From NCBI RefSeq assembly GCF_035594765.1, contig NC_085841.1, forward strand, positions 167,819,574-167,883,573: a stretch of DNA of 64,000 bases, given 5' to 3'. The notes under the pieces are model-generated. The model did not search any database and had not been told where the DNA came from. It saw only the letters and a list, made by a program, of their open reading frames with translations. Shown here piece after piece: positions 35,244-46,149 of this stretch (position 1 is the stretch's first letter; the number at the start of each line of letters is the position of its first letter). This DNA comes from Anolis carolinensis (taxonomy: Eukaryota). The position numbers and the translations under genes are program-made.

Positions 35244-37059
35244 TCTAAATTAACATTATTCAGATCTTTACCAGGCACCTATACTCAAATAATGTTTATT
35301 CATTATAGACTGTTTATAATCTGAAGCTTGATTCAAGGATGTTTTTTGATGAGGATGAGGATGTTCTTGAAATATTTTTAGGGAAGCAGATCATAGGTCC
35401 TATATGTGATCACTTAAGTAATGGTTCTTTCTTCCTCATGGTGCTGAGAATGAGGCATAGCAATGTCCCATATGTATCACTTTTCTACCTTACATTGAAT
35501 TGTGTGGTCTGGACTAGAGGTGTCCAATTTGGCCAAAAGGCATGCGGTTTTGGGGCCCATTGTTGGCTGATCCCTCATTCCGTTTACTGGGAAGTTACTT
35601 GAATTTGGAGGGGGGCGGTGTTGCTGTCTTCATTCGGCAAAGATTCTGCCCATTGGCTACAATGGGAAATTTTAAAGGCTCAATCCTCAGCCATTTTAAG
35701 GCCTATTTGCATGAAACCTACCTCAGTTTTAGACCCCATTTACAACTGCAGGCCTGCCAAGGTTCAAAATAATTCACCAATCAACTAATTTTTAAGAACC
35801 ATTTTAAGTTTTAACATAACTTTTTTTTAAAGAAAGCAAACCACAAGAGGGTTTTCGGGGAATTGTAGTTGCCAGTTGTGTCCATTCTTAGCCAATCAGA
35901 GCATGGACACCACCAGGCTTTGATCGGACACGACTAGAACCTTTACCTTTACCTAAGCTTTATAAGGTTCTATTAAATAACATTTCAGTTGTTTATTTAA
36001 TCCACCTTAGAATAATTTTTTAAATAAAAGAATAAACTGTGGCTGAGAAAATGAATTGAGCTTTCATTTTTATTATTTTTATTTCTTTTGGTGATCTTAA
36101 AGGGTTTGTTTTTGTCTGTTCTATATTAATCCATCTATCTCCCCGGACATTTTTAAAAAACCCAACTCATTCAGAAATCCCATTTCTTTGGGTCATCAGT
36201 TGTGAGTGTTTATCAAACTCTTCTCTCTGGAGAGAGCTTCATTAGTGTAGAATTCTCTTTCTGGTCCAAGAAAAATCACTTCCACAAATTTCTTCATCTG
36301 AGATTCCCTGAGAGTTTCCCCAGATTTTTTACTGATAAAAAATATAAATAGCTACACTTTTGCATATATGCCACATAATGCTTCTTTCTACTGACACATG
36401 AAACTACTTAACAGTGTTACAAATTATTTTAATATGTTTATAGTAAGTACAGGTTTAAAGTATGGTATCATCAAGATGAGAACTGTAATTCATTACTTCT
36501 GATCCCAGTTTGGGTTTTCTTTGTGACCCCCCTCCCCCCTTTGGACCCAATAATATTACTGCCTGGTGATTTCCCTCATATTTTTGCATAGCATGATGGT
36601 CAAATATAACAGGATATGGAATGACTGAAGAATAGGTTTTTCTATACCATGCTCAAGGCTTGGAAGTTAGTAGCAATTCTACCTGTATAGAGTAACATTT
36701 GAGGGGAATCAAAATATAAAGGCTTTCCTTTCACTGGGACATGTGATAATGAGGCAATCTGACACTATCCCAAGCATCAATTTAAATAGAGTTCTTGACC
36801 ATTTTTGTTTCATTTCATTATTTAAACATGTGCACTTCTACAAATTCCCTCCTATCCCAGTTACCAAATCACTTGCTCTTTCTTTCTTCATAGAGCACAA
36901 GAGCTATTGGGTATCTGTGCTCTGAGAAGCTTCCCAAAACTAGAGAAAGTAATGTAACTTTTCTTTCTTCTACCAGGAGATTACCAAGGTGCTCTGAACT
37001 ACAGCTCTACATTGCCATTTAGATGATAGTGCTATAGTATGAAATGTCAAGTAGTTGTC

Positions 37060-37172
37060 AACAAAATCCCAAATCCATAAAATAATGATACCTTTATTAG
37101 ACCAACCAAAATGAGCAAAATAGATCAGGCAAACCTTTGAAGCTTTACCAAACTCTTCATCAGGCAAAGATG
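37060..37172 (-). mobile_element. Short Penelope-type terminal fragment with hammerhead relic
   Basis: Minus strand: GCCTGATGAAG...CTTCAAAGG...TTGGTCTAATAAAGGTATC. Confidence 0.6.
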
Positions 37173-37759
37173 TTTAAAATCATACTGGAGACGAAAAGTG
37201 ATGTTACAAGACAGTAGAATGGAAGGAAGAACTTAGGTGATAATCAAGTGTTTTGTTAAACTTTAATTAGCAATGTAGAGAGATTTATGGAAAATAAAAA
37301 TAAAAAATAAAAATAAAAAAGAGATCAACATGATTTGTTTTCTATAAATGAAAATAATAAATGGATTATCATCACTTCCAAGCATGTTGTAATGCATTAT
37401 TTGTCATTTTCCAAAATTAGTTGGTAGAGATTTTAACAGTAGTAGGCTGTTCTTTAAGAGCAGGCATTGAGTAATAACATATAACTTTTCCCCCACAAAT
37501 ATGCCAAGCTTTGGGCATGACAAATACCAGCTTTTACTAGCAAAAGACTGCATAATTTCACATGAACAAACATCTCTTCATCTCTTGAAAGTCTAGTGGT
37601 AGAATATTATAGTGCTTTTCAGAATTATATTCTTGGGGAAAATATATAGTAACTTCAAGCAAAGTCTCATGCATGTGAGCTCTTGACATCAGGTCTTGTT
37701 GTCCTTGGGCATCTAGCTTATTTTGATACAAATATAAATGTTGTGCATGTTGGCATTAG

Positions 37760-38600
37760 AACTTAAGATATAGGAGAGGTTGAATTGCAGTTGTGTACAG
37801 AGGATGAATATGTGATTGGTAAAATCTGTTAAAAATTGAGATAGAGAGAGAACGAGTGAAAGATTATATGAAAAAAAAACAGGTTAAAATTTTTGGATGT
37901 AACATATAGATAGAAAAACGGGGGAAATGTGACTAAAGTGGTTGAAATTCAGTTTGTGTTATGATCTTAAAGAGAGCTTCTATACAATAAGGTATCATTG
38001 GTACACGATGCCAGTGAAGTTGTCTAGAATGCATAATACTATTTCGAATATATGTTGGAAATGTGAATGTCATGAAAGGATCGTTTGTCATATATGGTAG
38101 TCATGTGAAAAGACTAAAAGTATAGTGCACATATCAAATACATACTTTGATGTGGAGGAATTTAAAAAACCCATGCTTCTAGTTAAACCAGAACTTTTCT
38201 TGTTGGGACTTATTAATGAATGGTTTGAACAGTCATGGGAGATTAATAATCATGTATATGACTATGGCTGAAAGACTGTTATATGCACAAAGATGGAAGA
38301 ATTCAACATCTGCTAGGAAGGATTGGTTGCTGAAAGTGACAGATTTAGTTGAAATGGGCAAATTATAATTTTAGATGAAAGAAAAATTATTGAAAATATT
38401 TTGAAAATATTGAATTTTTTATATACATTTTTAAGAAAAGGCTACTTGGTTTTGACAATTACTAGAATCAGCTGATTAAAGTTGTGTGTAGTTTTAGAAA
38501 GGAGACTATTAGCATGTTTATATATGTAAAACCACTAGGAGGGAAAGTCAGTAATCTCTATTTTCTTTATTTTTTTCTATATCCATCATGCTTATTTTCT
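37760..38600 (+). mobile_element. L1 ORF2 C-terminal and 3'UTR fragment (degenerate)
   Basis: Residual HWY.MP.KL.RM...CWKC...H.W..C motif with many lesions. Confidence 0.75.
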
Positions 38601-38829
38601 GTTCCTTGGACATTTTTTATTTTGTCTATATGAGGGTGGGGGAAGGATTTAAATGCACCTTCAAAAGTAATCTGAAAATATTTGAAACCATGCAAATCAT
38701 GAAAATAGTAAAATACTGTAGTACTATAAACCTACATTCGAAGGCTTTGGACTGCAAGTATGGCAATTTACATTGATAAAACCATACAAATTCAGCATAC
38801 TATTTCCAGATAAACCATGAGTCCAATTA

Positions 38830-39216
38830 TGTTAACAGGATTGGGATCAGGTGTTAGTAACAGGATCAGGTGTTAAAGAAAACCTTATGGTGTTAATTAT
38901 TATGAGCAGCTGCTGATGTAGGTCAGCAAGCAAGCTTGGACCACACCCAGTGGAGTATAACTGTATGGATGTTGGAATACAGTTTGGTGATGCTGAATGA
39001 ACAAGGACTTAACAGCAATGCTCCTTGCTATGATGGAATAGCTATTTGTTTTATATTCTACTTTTTTGGATGAAGAAAACCTACTCTGTGCTACTTACAA
39101 GGACTATGTAAGTTTTTGAACTATTTGTTTTTGTATCTCTAAGTAAAGAGTTTTGTTCCTTTTCCTCTTGTTTGTCTATTGCATTGGACCTGACTGATAT
39201 CTGCTTATGCGCAACA
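38830..39216 (+). mobile_element. Solo LTR, family B
   Basis: TGTTA...CAACA ends, perfect 5-bp TSD AATTA, AGTAAA signal. Confidence 0.8.
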
Positions 39217-39282
39217 AATTACACTCCTAAACTGGGCATCATTTAGGAAATGTGTTTTCTTCTCAGCTTGTAGAGGAGGATG

Positions 39283-39472
39283 AGACCCAGTGGAATATAG
39301 TGATTTAATCACTGGACCAGAACTCTCAGAGATCCAAGTTTCAAATCCCACTGGCAAGTCTCATTCTCCAAGCCTCAGAAGAAAACAAAGACACAACCCA
39401 TGAACAAATTTTGCCAAGAAAACCCTAAGATAACTTCACCTTAAGGCTGCCATAAATCAGAAACAATCTGAA
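39283..39472 (+). mobile_element. Old MIR/CORE-like SINE with RTE-type tail
   Basis: Degenerate tRNA head (GTTTCAAATCCC), GGCAAGTC core, GCCATAAATCAGAA tail; inverted relative at ~51165-51350. Confidence 0.55.
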
Positions 39473-40087
39473 AAAAAGCAATAACGACAACAGAGAATGG
39501 AAACACCTAAAACTTTTGTCCATTCTTCAGTCCCTCTGAAACAGCCACAGTAGTGTTTGAGAGAGAACTCTACTGCATTGTTTGTTTTTAAATGCCCCTT
39601 TCAGATCTCTGCATTGTTTCAACACTGGTTAGCGGGAATTAGAATGGTTGTGTCCAGAACTTTATTTCAAGCTTTGTAATTCTGATAATTTCCCTTTTGC
39701 AGTTTCATCAAAATGCAGGCACTTGATTCAGAGTGTGTACTGAATGTTCCAAAACAAATGTGATGGAAACAGGTGAATACTGCGCAAAGTCCTAACAACA
39801 GCAGGATATATTTAAAAACTTCCATGTTTTTAATCTGGGGAATTTTGTCTCAGTTGCCTGTGGGTTTGGGAAACGTTCTCTCAACATGTGTTTGCAAGTA
39901 GTGCTGAGAATAAGTGGTAGGAAATGGCAGCATCCTCAAATATTTGGCTTGTGAATAGGCAAAGGGGGGAGTTCTTGTGCACCCAGGCTAATTCTTACAT
40001 TTACTGCATGTTTGTGTTGATCGCCAGAGAGCTAGCTGTAAAGATATAAAGAATACATGTAATACATGTGAGTTTGATTTTTTTCTA

Positions 40088-40128
40088 GCATAAGCTTTAA
40101 TGGACTGCAGTCCACTTCATCAGATGCA
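40088..40128 (-). ncRNA. Minimal hammerhead ribozyme relic (Penelope type)
   Basis: Minus strand TGCAT-CTGATGA-AG-TGGAC-tgca-GTCCA-T-TAAA-GCTTA-TGC; GAAA mutated to TAAA. Confidence 0.65.
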
Positions 40129-40526
40129 TTTGTGTAGGTTTGTGATAGCTGTTAATGTCTCCTGCTGCTAAAATGTTACTGGAAAGAATGCTCTGTTCTT
40201 AAATCAACACAGCAGCTTTGTTATTGTTTAGCTTCTTTGGAGGAAAGGTAGGATATAAATAGTCTAAAGCAATGACAGACCCCTGTGTGAATTTGAATAA
40301 GTATGGTGTGTGCATGGATCAAAAATCTACTCTCAACTGCTGTTTCTCATCTTACTGGGAGAGCAGATTCCACAAAACCAAATCAAATAGGTCACACCTG
40401 TATCTGCAAAAGCCTGCTTAGCCAAATGTGTCATTTGACCCTTTCCCCCAAACTATGGAAGTCTAGTGTCATTGCTGTATGCTGAACTGAGAACACCAAA
40501 CTGTTTCCTTGTCTTGACCTTTCCTA

Positions 40527-40655
40527 GGCTGGATCTACATTACCCTGTAGCCCAGGATCTGATCCCAGATTATGTGCCAGTGTACTCATATAATCCAGTT
40601 CAAAGCAGATAATCTGGGATCAGATCCTGGGGTATAGGACAGTGTGGATCCAGCC
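40527..40655. mobile_element. Harbinger-like MITE
   Basis: GGCTGGATCTACA...TGTGGATCCAGCC; TSD-like CTA/CTC. Confidence 0.8.
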
Positions 40656-41531
40656 CTCTTTGTTTTTTCTTGCTCTTCTCTATTTACAATTGTGATAGTT
40701 GTTTTGTTGTTTCAGAAACATTTCTAGTTGCCTTCAGTGTTTGCATTGATAAAAAGTGACAGAAAGGCAGACAAAAATATAATAAACTATCTCAAACTTT
40801 TCCTGCATGTAGGAAGCTTTCCTACTGCTTTGTGACAGCTGATGTTACTGTATTTAAAATTCAAAGACTGGTTTGAGTATTTTTTTAAATGAAAATACAT
40901 TCAGTTATGTAAATCTTTGGGAGTACTTCATGATATTTAATGTCAGTGTAACTCCTGGCACCACAAACCATACTGACTGACCTGTCCTCCAAAGCAACTA
41001 TGAACCATTTTTCTCCATTCACTGTCATGACAACTGTTTACATTTTAGCAAATTGTTGCCATATTATCCCCTAATTTGTCTTCAAGGCACAAGAAAACTG
41101 TATTCCTTTAACTTTCATACTTCCTCATATCATGCTTTTTCAACTTGCTTCACCATCACCATGGCTCTTCATTTGTCCACTATTCTGAAAATAAAGTATC
41201 CTAACTGAATCCAAAATTTCTCAGATTCTATTAAAGGATTCAATCAAAAAGTACATGCATTTTTATATACACTGGTTGCATGATTGATTTTTTTTTTAAA
41301 AAAAAAATCCTTGCCTTTGCTTTTTCTCCACAATCTGATTGTTGAACTTCAATTCAATTTATATAGTCTCCAATCTGTGTAATGCTTTTGTGTAATACTT
41401 TTGATATTTTGATATACGGTCTAGAGACCTTTTGCTTTTTACAAATATTGGTATGCTAAGTTGTAGCATGTTTCTATTGCACCATCTGTGGTTTGTTTTA
41501 ATTTGTAGTTTTAACCCTGCATCCAAATCTA

Positions 41532-41738
41532 TAGTTGGCCCTCCACATCCACAGGTCCTACACTCAGATTCAACCAACCATGGCTCAAAAACATTAGAAA
41601 AAAGCATTCAACACATATTTGAGTTGTTTCCCATTTTGTAGAAGACATGCTATTTTATTATGCCATTGTATGTAATGGGACTTGAGCATCCACAGAGGCC
41701 CCTGGAAGCAAACCTCAGTGGATACAGAGTGCCTACTG
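41532..41738. mobile_element. Old pogo/Tigger-type MITE
   Basis: AGTTGGCCCTCCACATCC...GGATACAGAGTGCCTACTG; GATTCAACCAACCATGG and GGGACTTGAGCATCC blocks. Confidence 0.65.
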
Positions 41739-41835
41739 CATAAGGCTGTTAATGAGTGGTAGACATGGGACAACCAACATTTCACTTGATGCTATCTCAC
41801 GATTTATTAGTTGTGTGTTACCCTTAACATATATA

Positions 41836-42595
41836 CAGGGCCGGCCCGAGATAATGTTAAATATTAAGGGGGGGGAATTGCGCCCCCCGCGCTGCGGGAG
41901 GCATGGCCATGCGCCGTGGGCAGTGGGGCATGGCCAAACCTGGCCCCGCCTCCCGTGCCCTGGCCCCGCCTCCCGCGCTGCTCGCCTTGACCCCGCCTCT
42001 CACACAGCATGGGAGGCGGGGCCAGGGCGCGTGGCGCGGGAGGCGGGGCACCACCCAGACGGGGTCCCACCTCCCGCCCCGCGCGCCCTGGCCCAACCAG
42101 GAAGCGGCAGGAAAGTCCCTCCAGGCCGCAGCGACTGCGGCCTGGAGGGACTGCCGCTGCATATTGGCCGGCTGGGCAAGGCCAGCCGGGCGAGGGTGAG
42201 AGGCGGGCCAACCCTGGCCCCACCTCACACGCTGCTCGCTCTGACCCTGCCTCTCGCGCAGCGTGGGAGGCGGGGCCAGGGCGCACGGGGCGGGAGGTGG
42301 GGCACCGCCCAGACGGGGCCCTGCCTCCCACCCCGCGCGCCCTGGCCCAGCCGGCCAGGAAGCGGTGGGAAAGTCCCTCCAGGCCGTGGCAACCACGGCC
42401 TAGAGGGACTCCCGCTGCAGCCTGGTGGGCTGGGCAAGACCAGCCGGGCGAGGGCGAGCGGCGCAGGAGGTGTGGCCAACCCTGGCCCCGCCGCCTGCAC
42501 CGCTCACTCTGACCCCGCCTCTCTCTTGACAGCGCCCCCGGGGACTGTGCGCCTGAAGCGGGCGCTTCAGTGGCCTCCATGTTGGGCTGGCCCTG
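41836..42595. mobile_element. GC-rich non-autonomous hAT element 2
   Basis: TIRs CAGGGCCGGCCC / GGGCTGGCCCTG; perfect 8-bp TSD CATATATA; about 2.2 tandem copies of a ~270-bp internal unit. Confidence 0.9.
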
Positions 42596-44295
42596 CATAT
42601 ATACTTGTGTTTAAGTCAAACCCATCTATTAATTGAGGGCAGGCTTTGGAGTCAAACTTACGGCATTTGAATGTGATCAGTTCAAGGTCATTCCACTGAG
42701 ATAGGAAGGGCCAGGGCCATCTCAGGGGACAGCATCCCTGACCATTGTCATGGTTTTCCCAACCAGAAGCAGCATTGCAGTGGAGGAGGTTATTAATTTG
42801 GGAAAGGTTCTCCCAATAGCAATAGAACTTCAATGTAGGGATTTCTTTCCAGCCCAGCACTGATTTACTTAATAGTATTGAAGTATCTAGTCAGTCCTCG
42901 TCTTTGCAGATTCAACTATTTATTGGAACTCTGGCTGCTGCTATGGAGAGTCAAATTTCTCCCCTCTCCTAACTGGGGCTTTTTGATGGTGAACAGAATT
43001 CTGGAAATGTAGTTTAGGGAAAGGCCTTTAGAATTATCTGCCATAGGGCTCTTCGTCTTCCCAAACTACATTTCCTATAATTCTGTGATTTCTCAGTCTC
43101 TTTCCCAGCTCACTTAGTTTGTCCCACTCTGCTGCTTTCCTCTCCTCGTGGCAAGAGGCCATTAATTTAAAGAGTAATGGCAGCCTTTTTAGCTTTGCTT
43201 CGCTTGTGCTGGAAATGAAACTGACTTTGATATGCTTCCGAGCATTACCGAATTCAAACGCAAAATTATTGGGTGAGTTTTGATTCTGAAGTTTTTGCGT
43301 CGTCCCCCCCCCCCCGTGTTTCTTAATATCTGTTTGTATATCTTAAAAATGAGCTACGACTTACTAATTAAAAATGAAGTTTTTCACACCCCTACTATCT
43401 ATTTATCTGACTTTACACTTAAAAAAATTACCTGTTCTGATTTACAAATAAAATCAGCTTGAGAACAAACTTTTAAAAGAAACTATCTTGTTCATAACTT
43501 GCGGACTCCCTGTGCTCTGTTTTCTGTTCATTGATTATTCAGTATTTCAAGGCCATTGAGCCTGCTTGGAAATCACTGGCCATTCCTTGGATTTATTTTA
43601 TGGGAGCAGGACAATTAAGTTAACTTTATTTTTTTGTACTTTTTTTGTACTGGAAAATGCAGGATTTTCCCCACATTACCGAGATCTTCCTTTTGTAAAT
43701 GGATGGTACCATTTTGGCTACATATGGACCCACAGTGAGGATAGTCACTTTCTCTTTTTAGTACTGGGGAAAAGTCTGGCTATTATGGAACCAATCCACC
43801 TCCTCCAGGACTGATAGGCAGGTTCCATCTTCCATGTCAGTCAGTTTACTCAACATGAGGAGGCAGCTCCAGGCTCTGAGCCTTCTTTAAAGAATGAGAA
43901 ATGAAGAGTGTGGGGAAAGATAGGCCTTTGAAAGGGAGCTTCGGCAGCCAAGCTTGTTGACTTGCTTGCAGGCAAGTTTGTAAGAAACCACAAGAATACA
44001 GAAAAATGTCAGAACCAAGTCCACTGAAATCCAACACTTTTTGTAGTGTAGCCCAAATGGAAACCACTATATAGGACAAATAAAAGCGGGACAGTAATTG
44101 ATTATAGCCATTCCTGGCATCATGATTTTCCCTTGCTGAAAATCACATCATTGCAGGAACATCTTGCCTCTGCAGGGCTGGTGGCATTTTTCCAACTTCA
44201 GAATACCCAGAGGAAATGTGATTGTAATGTCTGATATACAGTCGTCTGGTGTTTTTAAAAATGTATTTATTCCCATTACATACTGCAATGTGTGT

Positions 44296-44430
44296 GCGCT
44301 CTCAAGCTGTCTCTTGACTTACGGCGATCCCATGGATTTCCTGGGGTTTTCTTAGGCAAGGAATACTCAGTGGTGGTTTTGCTACTTCCGTCCTCTGAAA
44401 TATAGCCTAAAGTGCTTGGCATTCATTGGT
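44296..44430 (-). mobile_element. 3' part of the 5S-derived SINE family
   Basis: Reverse-complement homology to the body of 16160-16510 (TTTCAGAGGA...GAGTATTCCT..CCTAAGAAA...ATGGG.T.GCCGTA). Confidence 0.65.
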
Positions 44431-45110
44431 ATTCTGTTGTTGTTCCTTATTACAGTGTTGAAAAAAAAAGCCATTTGTTTGTTGTGCTGCTTGTTACGTT
44501 TTCTCTGCTTTCTGTTAGTTTCCGTTAGTTATGTAAATAGGAGAATAACATAAACATGAACATTTCTGTTAAAACCTTGCTAGAAATGCCCCTAGAAGGT
44601 AACTCTTCGAAGTAAGTTAAAACAATTTTTCACTTCATCAGTTTAATACATTCTATTTTATTAATCTCTGGAAATGTAACTTTGGGTACTGTTCTGTTAT
44701 CTGTGCAGAGACCACTAGGGGGCGGTAGAAAGAGAGGGATAGTTTATTTTAAAGGGGTGGAGTATGGGTTTTCCTGCTATTCCCCACCCATATCTTTTTC
44801 ATGGAAGCAACTCTTGTTTATGATATGGAAAACAGGGAGGGGGAATAACCAGCGAAAATGGGGGAAATGGTTTTCTACCTTTAACTTTCCCCGATAAAAT
44901 GAAGTATCCTTCTCTCTCTAGCATCCTCTTGTGGCTTCCACCCAGATAATGAAACAGGACCTAACTTTGTTACCCTTCCTCATTATCTCCTAAAGGAACT
45001 GTATTACTTATAAGTCCTTACTTTCCAGCTCTTATAGGAGAAGGAGAACTTTCATCATATTAATTAATTTGTGTTATTTGAACTGTGGGTGATATTTCAT
45101 GTGGGTGATA

Positions 45111-45378
45111 GGAGCCCCCGTGGCGTAGTGGGTTAAAGCCTTGTGACTTGAAGGTTGGGTTGCTGACCTGAAGGCTGCCAGGTTCGAATCCCACCCGGGG
45201 AGAGCGTGGATGAGCTCCCTCTATCAGCTCCAGCTCCATGCGGGGACATGAGAGAAGCCTCCCACAAGGATGATAAAAACATCAAAAAAATCCGGGCGTC
45301 CCCTGGGCAACGTCCTTGCAGACGGCCAATTCTCTCACACCAGAAGCAACTCAGGTTGCTCCTGACACACACAAAAAA
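45111..45378 (+). mobile_element. tRNA-derived SINE (POM/Vingi-tail type)
   Basis: A box TGGCGTAGTGG, B box GGTTCGAATCC, tail GCTCCTGACAC plus A-run. Confidence 0.8.
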
Positions 45379-45604
45379 TTTTTTTGAACTGATCTTTGTT
45401 TTGGCTATGAGATCAGCCACTGCTCCAATCCTCAGGTATTGTGGCTTGCTTGAGTTTTCTGTCCTGTCATCTTGGGGACACCAAAGCCAATCTTTTATTG
45501 CCAAAATTATGATGGAATATTCCACAGGCCTTTGCGAACATTGCAGCTTGCCAATTTAAGAAACATACATTGCAAGATATTCATAATGTTTGTAAGTGAA
45601 ATTG

Positions 45605-45883
45605 CAGTCGTGTCCGACTCTGGGGGTTGGTGCTCATCTCCCTTTCTAAGCCGAAGAGCTGGCGTTGTCCATAGACACCTCCAAGGTCATGTGGCCGGCA
45701 TGACTGCATGGAGCGCCGTTACCTTCCTGCTGGAGCGGTACCTATTGATCTACTCACATTTGCATGTTTTCGAACTGCTAGGTTGGCAGAAACTGGAGCT
45801 AACAGTGGGTGCTCACTCTGCTCCCTTTCGGTCTGCAAGTTCAGCAGCTTAGCGCTTTAACACAATGCGCCCCCATGGGCTCC
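45605..45883 (-). mobile_element. Sauria SINE (tail missing, internal deletion)
   Basis: Reverse-complement homology to 62988-63313. Confidence 0.9.
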
Positions 45884-46049
45884 GTGGGATGTGATACTGA
45901 GTCCAAAAACACTTGATGCAGCTTTAACAGAGTATAGTGATTTTAGTAGTCATAGGAAGGAGTAGCCATTGTATCCATTGTAACAACTTGTTTAAATTGT
46001 TTTTACATTGTGTTGTCTGATGTCTAAATTGTTATTTTATGATTTTATG

Positions 46050-46106
46050 TGATTATATTGGGACTGAGTCCCTAGCTGGGGAGATGGAGGTGGCCTACAA
46101 AAATAC

Positions 46107-46149
<43 letters not shown>
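46050..46149 (+). repeat. L2-type terminal stem-loop with (TTA)n tail
   Basis: CTGAGTCCC...GGGGAGATGGAGGTGG then (TTA)n at 46108-46149. Confidence 0.65.

Noticed and set aside
41752-42636. 294-aa ORF and overlapping ORFs
   Set aside because: Same cause: low-complexity P/G/A/R translation of a TSD-bounded GC-rich element with no domain motifs.
45111-45200. tRNA gene (A and B boxes)
   Set aside because: It is a SINE head; no cloverleaf, and it continues into SINE body and tail.
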